Shown piece after piece: positions 49,640 through 62,035 of a stretch of 64,000 nt of DNA. The stretch is from Camelus dromedarius. Its lineage: Eukaryota. Made by a program: the position numbers and the translations under genes. Positions within the stretch are counted from its first letter, which is position 1. Every line of letters starts with the position of its first letter. The notes beneath the pieces were generated by a model. The model did not search any database. It was given only the letters and a program-made list of their open reading frames with translations, and was not told the DNA's origin. The DNA lies in contig NC_087436.1 in assembly GCF_036321535.1 (NCBI RefSeq), forward strand, positions 75,208,001-75,272,000, given 5' to 3'.

Positions 49640-51734
49640 AAGAGTTAATTTTCAATAATAAATTAGTTCAGCTATTTTTTCCTAAATAACACCCAAAAGG
49701 CAGTGATTCACATACAGTAAAGTGCGGGCACATCTCTACAAAGCAGACTGTAAAGATGAGAAGCTGGGCAACAGGCTCAGCAAGGTCAAGGTGCCAGTGT
49801 GGGAGAGGGACCACTCACAGATATGGGTCATCCTGGCCAGGGGATCTCCGAGAAAAAGGTGAGAATTCCATGCCATGTTGAACACATACTCAATAATGCT
49901 TTCAGATGATAAACTATTACATTGTTTATGTTAGCAAGGAAACAGCCAAGTCTGGCTATATTGTTCGCAGCAGAGTTGCCAAAAAGAGAGAAGCTGGGGT
50001 CAGCAGGTAGAGAGTCCATGTGGCTAAGGGAGAGTCTGGAAACAGAGATGGAGGGACAGAGCTTATTGTAAGTGGGGAGGGAGAGGAACTGAGTCCAGCA
50101 GGCAGAACAAGAATAACATTTCCCATCAGACTGGCAGAACACAGCAGTGGGAAATACAGGGCTGAGTAATATTTGGAGATCCAAACCCAGCAGAGGAAGC
50201 TTGAAAAGTTCAATCTCCTTTATTGCCCCTCTGCTCAGAACCCTCCAGTAGCAATTCAGGTCACTCAAGAGTAAAAGCCATCGAGGCGGCAACACCTAAC
50301 TTTTGAAAATATGCCCTTGGAAGTTGGCTTGAGGTTTCATGTTGCCCTCTTCCCATAGTTCTTGGACTGCATGAGGATGACAGAATTTCCCCAATCCTCT
50401 CAGAGCCACAACTACTGGAACCTGCAGCAGATTTAATCCAGAAGATGCCCTAGAAGGGGAAACCTTAACAAAGAGATGCAGATTGGCATCTGGATCTGGG
50501 GGGACTGTGACGAGTGCAGTAAAACTGAGAATTTGGGTCTGTAGCATAAGGTCTCCTCGTGCTTTTGGGAAAATTGCCTTTGTGCAGAGATAGAGTCTTC
50601 TGGTTCATACAAAGAATGTCACCATCGTGCTCAGCTGCTTCAAGCAGGTTTAAGTAATGAGACTGTGTATTTGAGACTTACCTGCTTGAATTTTGTTAAT
50701 TTGTACCTCCAAGATCGGAAGTTATATCACAGTCATCTTTGCTATTAACTGGTTGGCTGAGTGGGTATGTGATAAGCAACCACTGTGGGAAAGTAAGGTC
50801 GGGGAGAGAAAGGGATGGGAGGAGAAGAAAAGAGGGAAAGGTGAACCTCTTGGATAGTGATGTCAGAAAGTGGTCCCTGGAAAACCAGCATGGGTCAAGA
50901 TGTTAAGTGGCTGGGCCCTGCCCTGTTTCATCAAAGCAGAACCCAAAAGTGCTGCTGTTAAGAGTTTTGAGTAAACATTCTGATGTGCACCCAGGAGCCT
51001 GTGGTCTAAATCTACCCCAACTTTTCTGAGGTCAGAGACTGAGTCAATGAGAGAGCTGAGAATAGAACCTCTGAGCACCTGTCGCCCATTGTGACCTTTC
51101 TGTGAACCACACAGAGCAAGGAGTGTGTGCACAAAGCATTTTTTATTATTAGTGATGGGGAACAGGGCTTGCCAAGTTTAGAAACTTCTTTGAAACCAGA
51201 GGTTCAGTCTTTGCATTCTGAACACTGACACCTACACAAAATGTAGATTTCTTTTTCTTCTTAGGAAAAGGACTTTTTTAAATAATAAAGGATTCAGAGA
51301 TGTTTTCCTAGACATGAATGGTTGTTTTAAAGCAGCACTTTTTTCTTATTTAAATGTAAATGCATATGAAAGGGCTGGACTTCAACTGTCACAATGCATT
51401 TCTCAGTCACATCCTCCTCCATCTGTCTACCTAACACAGAGAAATCCAGCAGTGAAAGTCTGTGTTCAAAGCTCATCATAAACCCAAGCCAAGGTAACCA
51501 CACAAGGTTCTTGGTTCTACATGCCTGTTTTTGCTAGGTTTTGACTTTGAATCAAATAAAAGTCTTGTGCAGTGCCTGGCATGGGGCTGACTCAAGCCAT
51601 GTGGGTTTCCTAAAGAGACTAATAATTTTGTGCATCCATGAACTGTTACAAAATGAATACATCTCCAGCTGAGTGTGGCAAGGAGTAAGAGGACCTTTTT
51701 TAGGAGTACGTGGCATTTCCTTTCCTGGGGTGTC

Positions 51735-52150
51735 CAGTAGGGTAGTTGTTAGACACATGTGGCCATTTAAATTTAAATGCAAATTCATAGTTAATATTAT
51801 TGCATTACATATTTGAAAGTTGCTAAGAAAATAAATCCTAAAAGCTCTTATCACAAGAAAAAATACTTTATAGCTATGAATGGTGATGGATGATAACTAG
51901 ACATATTGTGGTGATTGTTTTGCAATGTATACAAATAGCGAATCATTATGTTGTACATCTGAAACTAATATAATGTTACATGTCAATTATACCCCAATAA
52001 AAAGGTTAAATTATATTTTAAAAATGTACTTACTTACTACACTAGCCCTTTTTCAGGTGCTTAGTAGCCACATGTGGGTAGTAGCTATTGTATTGGACAG
52101 CACTGATACAGAACTTCCATCGCTACAGAACATTCTGCTGGACAGCATTG
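51735..52150. mobile_element. MER3-like hAT element interrupted by an L1MA-type 3' end (+ strand, ~51785-52005)
   Basis: MER3: cacatgtggccatttaaatttaaa ... tagccacatgtgggtagtagctattgtattggacagcac. L1 tail: gaaagttgctaagaaaataaatcctaaaagctcttatcac...gttgtacatctgaaactaatataatgttacatgtcaattatacccc. Confidence 0.85.
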
Positions 52151-52754
52151 TTATGCCCCAAGGAGTTCAGGTTCTGAACAGCATGGCAAGAGCTCTGCAG
52201 TGTGTCTACTGATGAGGCAGTTTAACGGCAGTCTATTATGATCCTTCAGTACCAACTCGTTTAACAAGTGTTTATTGAGCACCGATTACATTTCCTGGCT
52301 TTGCTTGTCTCTGGGCCAAGTAGGTGCCTGTAGCTTGAGATTTCATAGAAGGCCTGGAGATGGAAAATGGATAGACTGCTGGTGGTGTTTGAGGTGAGAC
52401 TGTCAGTTCCACTGGAGATCAGAGATGGAGTTAGGAGATGTGACCTAGACACCACAAGTGTCTGCTACAAATTCTTTGTAACTGTGAGTAACTATTTTGC
52501 CTTTATTTTAACATTCACTGTTACTATGATCTAAAATATTTTTAATATGTGATGGTAATGCCATCTAAGCATTCATTTGAATATGGTCCAAATAATAGTA
52601 CTGAAAAAAATGAGCCTGAAAATCAGTATCCTTGGAATAGAAGTTAGACATGCTAAAATAAGGCCAAACACCCTAACACACTATGCTGTTACTTTTGGAG
52701 AAAGCAAGCTCTGAAATATTAGAGATAACCTTGAGAAGGCAAAGATAGGCAGCA

Positions 52755-53365
52755 ATAGTGGTAGATGGCTATGCTGTGAGTGTTCATCTCTCCCTAGTTT
52801 CCATGTGTTCTTGTGTGAAGACTGGCCTGGATTATGCAAGGCTTAATGACCCTCACATGGGATGGCCTGAACAATTTTCTCCGTCTCGGTACCATTCCTG
52901 TGAAGGCGCCCTATAGACTGGCACCCTAGGCAACTGCCCAGAGAGCCCATCCTGTTGATTAGGTTTGGTCTGGCACATGGTGGGAAAAAACATAGTGGTT
53001 GCCCCCAGAACATGGTGGGAAAGTCTCAGTGTGAAGCCTAAGAATTCGGTATTTTGATGGGAAGGAAGGGAAACCCCTCCTGCCTCCAGTGTAAATGAGA
53101 AAGCGTTTGGTCCTAGAAGCTGATGGTAGTTACCTTGCTATGTAAGAAAAACCAGCCTAACTAAAAAGCCTATGCAAGAAAGTGAGCAAAGTCAAGGGAA
53201 GGGCGAAAAATGGGAAGCAGTGGCCCTGATGATTATATAAACCTTTTGCTCAAACTGCCCCTAAAGTTTGCTCTCTAGTCTTTCTGGTTATGTGAGTCAG
53301 TAGATTCCCTTATTCTCTAAGCCAGTTTAAATTGTGTTTGTGCTACAGAAATCTTCCTGACTGAT
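52755..53365 (+). mobile_element. MaLR LTR (MLT1-type), possibly with a small internal insertion
   Basis: gtggtagatggctatgc...; 3' end ttctggttatgtgagtcagtagattcccttattctctaagccagtttaaattg...tcctgactgata. Confidence 0.7.
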
Positions 53366-53964
53366 AACAGACGCTTAGAATAAATGTTCCTTCCCCTTCC
53401 CTTCCATCAGTGGATGTTCAGAGCAATCAGGATTTAAGACAGAAAGTCATAAATTAATCACATATAAGATATGCTTTTTTTCATGGCCCAAATCAAATGT
53501 TCTGGTTTTTTTTTTTACAGTCACTGTTTTTGTATAGCCTTATTATTTTGTTATTAGTCTCTAATCACTGGCAATTCACTTCTAAATTGATTTACATTGC
53601 TTATAAAGTGAAGCATCATCTACTACTCAGTTTAATTACTGGATTCTGATTGCTCACATAAATAAACAACTCTCTGCATATGACAGTCTGGGCATTGCTG
53701 ACCTCAGATTGGTTGGATCCCAGTGGTGGTCAGTGATGTGTGTGTGTAGGAGTTCTGATTGTAATAATGCTCTGGTACAAAAGTAATGTTGTATAGTTTC
53801 ATATTTTACAAAGTACTAATTGCTTCTGTTTGTCCCAGATATATGTCCAAAAATGTCTGTTTCAACAGATTTGGCAAATTATCTCCCAATAGAATGGTTA
53901 GAAATATGAATGCATTTATATTTTATAGTTTACACAAAGAAATTTGTGTAAATGAAATGTATAT

Positions 53965-54470
53965 CAGTTTGGACTCTTTCTGTTGCCAGTGATGGAGGAC
54001 CAAACTAAATATGTTTAACAGAGAAGGCGATTTATTGGTCTGTGTAACTGAAAAATCCATGGGCTTTAGGTGAGGCAGGATTTGAGGTTCAAATAGTGCC
54101 ATGGAAACTCTGTCTCCATCTTCTGTCTGATCTCCAACTCTGTCTTAGCTGTCCTCTGCTACATTGGCTCCACCCTCAGGCTCCAAACTTGTCTTCTTGA
54201 CAGCTCCAGTTTCCTTCATGTCTCTTAGTCCAACAGAAGGAATAGTCTCTCCCAAAAAACTCAAAGAGAGGCCCCAGAATTTAGGGCAGTTGGGACTGAT
54301 TGGCCTGAACCAATACTGTGACCAAGAAATAGAACACAGAGATTGGCTTAGAATAGGTCACATTCTCAACCTCTGCATTCAGTGGGAGAAACAGATCCCC
54401 TGGAACCACATCCACACCTCCTGAGAGTAAGGAGAATCCTAAATATGTGTGTACTGTTTATTATCCTCTC
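53965..54470 (-). mobile_element. MaLR LTR (MLT1-type)
   Basis: atcagtttggactctttctgttgccagtgatggaggaccaaact...atttattggtctgtgtaactgaaaaatcc...ctgaaccaatactgtgacc. Confidence 0.7.
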
Positions 54471-56467
54471 AAAAAAGGCGCATGGGTGATGGGAAGTGGA
54501 ATGACTACGAACCATCAGAAAGCGAGGCCACATACCATTCTTGTCTTTGAACCCCAGGGAACCCATGATGGTCTAGATGAGCACCACTTACTATGCCTTT
54601 TCACAGTCAGGTTCCTGGGAAGTAACCAAGTTCCTTTTGGTGGGGCTTCTTTTCCTTTCCTCCTGGCCCTGTTTGGGTTCCATCTGAGCACTGATTTCTC
54701 TATGAGCTCAATGCTTGTCTTGCTAGCCGAAGTTCATGGTTGTACAAGGAACTGTTAAATCCATTGGCTGCTTGCTTGCTTTTTTTTTTTTTTTTTTAAA
54801 GTAAGTTTCATTAGCCTCACAGTATGATTTATGAAAACCAACAATGGCTAGGAAGAGAAGGAATATTCTGCTTCATAGGTTCTGAGGCAGCTGGCTGACT
54901 AATTTTGATAGAAAATGACTAACCTCAGAGAGCAGGGAGAGTGCACTGGAGCCATGCAATGTGATACACAGACTTCCCTCCACCACCACCTCTCTCCCTG
55001 GGCCCAAAATATGGTTGAATTGGTTCTGATATATTTAGGGGTCTTAGGGATGATCTGTCATGGGACCAGTGTCCTGAAAAGGGGTTGGTTTCATTTTTAA
55101 AGAGGGTAGTGAAAATGCAAGGGCATTTCCAATTCTGGAAAGTTAAAATTGTCCACTGAGAAATTTGCTGATCTTCTAATTTGGCTGTTAATCAAACAAC
55201 CTAAAAATAAGAGCTGCTTTAAATAAAAGACTAAAATAAATCACTCAAGAGAAAGTCCCATATCTCTTCCTCTCCAGCAGTCCAAATATACCATCTAATC
55301 ACTTATTTATTCCCCTTTAAAGTTAACATGGTTGCTTTTGATCTTCTCACCTAAACAATATGACCCCCTTTTTTGAAGTTACGGGGTAGAATATACATCC
55401 TTCTTTTTTACTAAGAAGGCATATTTTTGTTATTTTTTTCCCCAAGGGAGGTATTACTTAGAGTGAATTCAAGGAGTCCTAAAGAAGAAACTGAAATAAT
55501 GTGAGGCAATTAGATGTTAAGAAAAAGCAGTGAACTTGGAGTGAAAAAACTGGAGTTTAAGTTTAGTTCAGTCATTACAGTGTTACCTTGACCAATTTGC
55601 TTAGCCCTCTCTGGGCTTCAGTTTCCGAAGAAAACAGAGAGCAAGAGGACTCAAAACAACACGGTAACTGGACCTGCCTTAGAGCTGGAGGGAGCCTTAG
55701 GTGGCCTTTCCATCTCTTCTCTAAATATTTAAACCATTGTGGGTAGATGGATACTTACTCTGTTTGAAATTACAACAGTAGTTCCTTTGATTTACGTAAA
55801 CTTTACCCTCAAAGAACTTTTCTAAAAAAGGGACAATTCTAAAATCTTTAATATGACTAGAATACATGACACTTCTTTACATTTGCCAGTGTTTTGTTAT
55901 CATAATATTATGATGATAAGCATTAAGTCCTGAGGACTGGAGATAAACCAGGTACCACTCAGATCATGTGTTCTCATAGGTACAAATCCAAATCTGGTTT
56001 GGATCATACCCAGGAATTGATGAACCTCCTACCCAGCCTTAACATGAAGACAGAGAAAGGAATGTGATGGTCTTGGGAAGAAAAAAGCTTTCAAATGCCA
56101 AGTTGAGATGTTTGGCATTCCAGGTCCCAAAGGCATTTTAAAATCAGTCTATTTTAAAGAAAGGTAGGCTTTTTCTGGCTCCATTCTATGAATCTTACCC
56201 CATCTATTTCTTGACATTTTACATAATTTTACATATTGTACACAGGTGTGGATATGAAAGTAGATAATATTTGATAAATATTGATTTTCCCAAAGATAAT
56301 TTTTTACCTAGTCAAATTTAATCTAGGCCAATCTAAACTTCAAACAGGATCCACTTACAACTTTATCCCAAACCCTACAAAAATAAAGACAATCCAATTA
56401 CAAGTTTGAAATATATGTTTACGTCAACATTTCAAATTACAAAATTAAGCCAAATTACACTTTAAGT

Positions 56468-57200
56468 ACAGTTGTCCCTCGGTATCCCCAGGTTCTATAT
56501 GTTGTAACATATATCAGTACTTCATTTCTTCTGTTGCCTAATGATATTCTGTTGTATGGGTACACCACATTTTATTTGTCCATTTATCAGCTTGTGGACA
56601 TTTGGGTAGTTTGCACTATTAAGCTTTTATGTTGCTATGAATGTTCTTGTGCAAGTTTTTGTGGGGACATATCTTTTTGCTTCTCTTGGATTATACCTAG
56701 ATAGGGTGTCTCTAGACTTAACTTTTTAAGGAGTTGCCAACCTGTTTTTCAAAGTGGCTACATCATTTTACATTCTCACCAGCAGCATATGAGGGTCCAA
56801 TTTCTCCACATTTTTTGCCAATACTTATTATTGTCTGTTATTGAGAAGCCCAGTGCTATTTTGAATAGCATTGTTTTGTAGGTGAGCAGCTTTGTTTTTA
56901 GGGAAGATTTTAGGATCTTCTTTTTATTCTTCACGTATATAATTATCTGTATGGATATAGGTCTTTTTTCACTCATTGTACTGGGCAATTCCTTAATATG
57001 GAGACATATAGCCTTCATCTCTAGAAATTTTTCTTATTTATTTGAAAATGTCTTTATTTCTATTTTTATTTATTAATTTTTTCTGTTCTTCCTTCCTGGA
57101 ATTCCTATTAATTGATATTGGGTCTCTTGTATTGATCTTATTCAATTTCTTTAGAAAAGAACCCTCTATATTTTCTTTAAGATAGACACGACAAATTGTT
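56468..57200 (-). mobile_element. Tigger/MER2-like terminus (56468-56495) followed by antisense L1 fragments
   Basis: tacagttgtccctcggtatcc resembles a Tigger-family TIR with its TA target. Then atcagtacttcatttc...tttacattctcaccagcagcatatgagggtccaatttctccac. Confidence 0.7.
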
Positions 57201-57392
57201 GAAGAGAGCTGAAGAGGTGAACTTTCATGAAAACACATTTTAATCAGTTCCTCTGTCGTTAGCCCGCAGCTCCATGCCACCATCTGTTGTACCTGGTGTG
57301 TCTGTGTCCTGTGCCTCTCTTGGACCTTTCAGATTGTTCCTCTCCTTGGTTGTATTCCCCGCCCCATTCCCAATACTTACATGTACACACAT

Positions 57393-57443
57393 CCTCTCTC
57401 TCTCTCCCTCCCTCTCCCTCCATCTCTCTTTCTCTCCCTCCCC
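57393..57443. repeat. CT-rich simple repeat
   Basis: cctctctctctctccctccctctccctccatctctctttctctccctcccc. Confidence 0.85.
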
Positions 57444-58349
57444 TGAGGTTTCTACCTTGTTGCTTCATCAGTAAACACTTCTTTATCAGCTCTCAGTTTT
57501 CCAGAACTTGCTCTAATATATTGTTCAAATGGAGCCCTTCCTTTTTTTTAATATTCTGTTTCTGGCATTTTAATACAATCACAAGAGGAAGAGAAGATAA
57601 ATATATGTTTGTTTCACTGACATGAAACTGACCCTCTAACAAACCAAGCTCTCGGTTAGAAACTACCTGCCTTTCCTCTGCACAGACCCTTGTTAGTCCT
57701 CATCGTTAACTCAGCTCCCTTCAGATTACCTGATGTTGCTCCATACGATCCACCATCTTATCTCAGTTGCTCGGGTTTGCCGTTCTTCTTCCTGGTATGG
57801 AGAAGTTCCTTGATAAATCACAAAAACACCTCTGAGAATCACTGTCTAGTGTTTAGAATTAGTGATTTTCATACTGTGAGTTATAACCCAACTGTAGGAA
57901 GATTATTATTTTCTTTATTTCCTCTCAGAGAAGTGAAAGTGGGGGAGTAATTAGCTGTGTGCTTGGGGTGAGGTCAGGGGAGTGAGAAGGGAAGAGGAGG
58001 GCCAAGCTGTAATTTCCTTTGAGTACAGCATCTACAGGATTACTAAAGAGGGCGATAAACTTCCTCCATCCTCAGTAAATATGGCAAAGAAGAAACAGGC
58101 TTATGTTGCAACATGAGTAGTTTTTAGAAAAATTAGAAAATATTTCTGAGCGAAAAAGAATTCCTATAGGAAATCATGTATTACCCTTTTTCTTAAGTAC
58201 CTTTAAAAGTGGGAGAGGGACTCATTTTGTTCTCTGTAAATATTTAAATGTGATCCAAACAAGAAGCAGAGGGATGGACTAGAAGACCTATCTAGCTCTT
58301 TTCTCCTGCTAGGATGATGATGAGAAATATCAAGAGTAATGGTCATGGC

Positions 58350-58570
58350 TATCACTTACTGAGTACTTAACAACGTGCCAGCTTCTGGGCTAAGCACTTG
58401 GCATGCCAATCTCATTTAATTTTTACAACAAGCCTGTGAGTAAGAAATACTAACTGTTCCATTTCACGGATGAAGAAATCCATTGTCCCAGATCCCTAAA
58501 GTAACACAGATTCAGATCTGGGTCTGTTTGACCACGAGATCCATGCCCTGGACTGCCACACTAGTCTGCC
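58350..58570 (-). mobile_element. MIR SINE
   Basis: acttactgagtactt...atctcatttaatttttacaacaagcctgtgag...ccatttcacggatgaagaaat. Confidence 0.8.
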
Positions 58571-60319
58571 TCTTCTAGGATGCCATGATTTACATTTTCA
58601 AAAACACTGCCTTTACCTGGGACCACTTTCCCTTCATTATTGCAAGTAATATATGTAATTGTAGTTGTTTTTAGGTGATTTTTTCTTTGCTCTGCATTTT
58701 ATCATTCAGTCGGAGTGCGGTGATGCCTCTTTGTTTCAAGGACTTGAACTAGTTTTCCGGTGTGATTAAAAACGTGCCACCTGCAAGATGCCTTTCACAG
58801 TCAGATTACTTTTCACTATAAACACAGAAGACCCTTAAAACTCGTCATCCAGTGTGGAGCTTAGCTACTGCCCTGAAGGGACTGGTTCAGGAAATGGCTT
58901 CCTAGCCCAATCCCACCGCAGCCTGCCAACCCTTAACAGCCTCTCCGGGTGCTGGCAGCTCCCTGACCAGGGCAGGCAAGCATTTCTTTCTCATAAGAAC
59001 TCTCTTCACATTCACCTTTTAAAATTGTGGCTGCTTCATGTAGGGTAAAAAATTGCTGGTTAAGGAGAAACCTTCATCCCGCAAAATCTTCAGATGAATT
59101 CTATTTCACTTTACAAGCCTCAGCTGCATGTTTATTCTTGCTCTTGTTGGCTTTACTGTTCATTAAAGAGTTGTTTGCCCTTTCCTATTAATACATCTGA
59201 GTGAATTGGAACCCACTTAAAAGGTACAAGAGCAATAGGAAGAGAAGAGAGGAGAATGAAGGGAGGGAGTGAGGGAGGAAGGAAGGAAAAGGTCTTCTCT
59301 CACTTGCCATGGAGGGAAAGAGAAATCCTGTTGCAACCATTCCCTCTTGTAACACAAAGGGTTAAGTATACCCTAAATGAAATTCTCACAACTAAACATA
59401 TTCACACAATTGCAGTTATTAGGTGATTGTTGTTACAAAGGAATTTTACAGTCCTTTCAAGTTCTTATACCTTCTTTTTTTTCTTTTTTTCTTTCTCTTT
59501 TCTTTATCCTGGGGGTGATCAAGTGGGAATCCTCCAGCTGCTGCTGGCTGGCATACCACTGCCCTACTGCTCCCTTGTCATTGCCTCCCTTCCTCTGAAC
59601 TCAGTTTGACCAGGATTGTGGAAAAGATGGTGGTAGAGTCAACAGAAGTGACTAAGTCTTGCCTATGAGCCTCCCTTTGCATTTGACTTTCTGTCTGTCC
59701 ATAGTTATTAACCAGCTCCCTCATCCAAGAACAGGTGATGCTGTTGGTGACACAGTAGCTGGGTAAATACATTTCTCTTTCCTTCATACCACTATAAAAC
59801 ACACCACTGGTAGGTCCTGTGATGTCACTGTCACATTCTGGGCTTTAGGCTCTTGGTTTGCTCTGCAGTAGAAAATAGGATGAAGCTGACAGTCTCCTAT
59901 ACAAGCTAAAGAGGGCATTCTAGTCACATCTGTGCCCTGTTTTAAACAACTCTGCTTCGCAAATTAGTTTTCCCTCCTTTATGTAGAGGCTTTATGAGAA
60001 TTCTCTATATTATTACCATCATTATCAGCCTCAGCAATGACAGATTTTCCAATCTGGGGACAGTAGGAGAAAGAGACTCTGTCTAGACACAATCTCAAGT
60101 GCCATAACTGTACTTTGGAAAAAGTATAAAAGCCTAGGAAATTTATTGATTGAGATTCAACGTAGCAGATATTAAAACAGATTATAAATCCACAGAAGTT
60201 TAGCATATATAGTGTACAGGAAGAAGACAAATATATTTATGTAACAGGAAAAGAATCTAGCATGTATAAAATGTTAAATGATACTGGATGACATGACAAA
60301 TCAATCAGAAGAGGTAAGA

Positions 60320-60800
60320 TTGTCCATTAAATGGTCTGAGGAGACATAACTTTATAGTCAGAAAAATATCAGCTTCGATTTTCACCTCGTACCATATGTG
60401 ACCATTCATTCCAGGTGGACTACATATGAACAATAAATAAGGAGAAACTGTGAGTGGCTGATTCTGGAAGGGAATGTACTCTCTTGGCATTAAAGCAAAG
60501 ATAAAAATTATAAAGTAATTTATCATAATGTGGCTATATAACAATGTAGAACTTCTGTACATCAAAAACCAATAATAACATATAGGGCTAATGTCTTTTA
60601 TATATAAAGAACTTACACAAACAAGTAGGAAAACACTATGATGCAAGAGGAAATATGAGCAAAGAACACGAATAGTCAATTCACAAAAGAGGACATTTCA
60701 GAGCCTAATAAAGATGAATATATGTTCAATTGTGTCTGTAATCAAAGAGTTGCAACTAAAATAATGAAATGTCATTTGTTTCTCCTATCAAATTAGCAGC
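60320..60800 (+). mobile_element. Degenerate L1 ORF2 fragment
   Basis: gggctaatgtcttttatatataaagaacttacacaaacaag...gcaaagaacacgaatagtcaattcacaaaagagga. Confidence 0.7.
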
Positions 60801-60969
60801 GTTTCTGTATTGGTTGGATCCTCTGGGACGAACATGCGCAGGTGGAGTTAAGGAATACAAAGGCTTACTTGGGAGTAAGGTCTCTGAAAAATAAAAGGAG
60901 GAAGCAGGGGCTGACGTTTGAGTAGTGTGAACATTCTATTATAGCACATCATAATCTATTAAGAAAAAT

Positions 60970-61180
60970 AGCCACATAATCAGTGCTTACAACATTCAAA
61001 TATAAACCCATGTAATCCTCACAACAGCCCTGTAAAGTGTGTGCTTTCTTGATTCCTGTGTTACAGATGAGGAAACTAAGGCTCAGAGTGGACAAGTAAA
61101 ATGCCCAAGGCAGAGCTGGAGCTTGGACCCAGGCAGTCTGGCTCCTGAGTCTCTAGTCTTTAGTCTCGTATTACACTGCC
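60970..61180 (-). mobile_element. MIR SINE
   Basis: taatcctcacaacagccctgtaaag...ttacagatgaggaaactaaggctcagag...acccaggcagtctggctcc. Confidence 0.9.
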
Positions 61181-61396
61181 TCTTCAGTATTGCATTCAAT
61201 ATTAAGCAGTTTTTTAAATGATATTAAGAAAGGATTTTAATCATGTGGGAAATTGCTTATGTATAAAATTAATTGGAAAGATCTGAATTCAAAATTATCT
61301 ATATAATGAAATCCTAATTAACTATAATATGCATAAAGTAATGGATGAAAATAGAGTAAATTATTAGTAGTTACTACTTAGTGAGAGGTGAGGTGG

Positions 61397-61500
61397 AAGG
61401 TCACCAACTCATCCTGGCTTGCTCTGGACTTTCCTGTTTTCTTCCACGTCCTGAAAATCCCCTCAGTTCTCGGATAAACTGAAATGATTGGTCAACCCTT
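61397..61500. mobile_element. MER81-like hAT-Blackjack miniature element
   Basis: aaggtcaccaactcatcctggcttgc...cccctcagttctcggataaactgaaatgattggtcaaccctt, with inverted ends. Confidence 0.75.
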
Positions 61501-61769
61501 GTGATTTCAATTATTTTTTATGTAATTTAGGTTTCACCCCGAGTTTCTTAAACAAGTATGTATTAGCTGAGTAATCAGGGAAAAAACAATAAATTCTTTA
61601 AAAAAATTTAAACTGAAGTATAGTTGATTCACAATGTTGTGCATAGACTTTTGGAAGAAGAAATAGAAGCACGTTGGCTGTATTTTGGTGGAGGGGGCCG
61701 GGGGATAGAGGAGAGCATCCAGAAGAACGGCTCAGGTCAAAGGGATTAATCAGGTGGCAGGAAATTTTA

Positions 61770-62035
61770 GTTCATTTTCTCATTCATTCAGTCCAATGCT
61801 AGGCTCTGGGGACCCAGAAATGAAGACGGTGACAAGTCACTTGCTCTCAGGAGTTTACACTATAGTAAGTTTGAAGGCACTCAGTAAACAAATGGCAGCA
61901 CTTACATGTTGTGATGAGTGCTGTGCAGGAAAGCGGGAGGGTGATGTAACGGAGGAATGGGATGGGGACAGTCTAGAGTGGAGGGCTAAGGAAAGCTCTG
62001 TGGCTTGGTGACATTTGATTTGGGACTGAACGAGA
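61770..62035 (-). mobile_element. L2 3' region
   Basis: ttctcattcattcag...tgctaggctctggggacccagaaatgaa...tgctctcaggagtttacactatag...ggtgacatttga. Confidence 0.75.

Noticed and set aside
49828..50547. Minus-strand ORFs of 155, 85 and 83 aa
   Set aside because: Leu/Ser-rich translation of the complement of a purine-rich stretch (possibly an old LTR). No homology recognised and no splice support.
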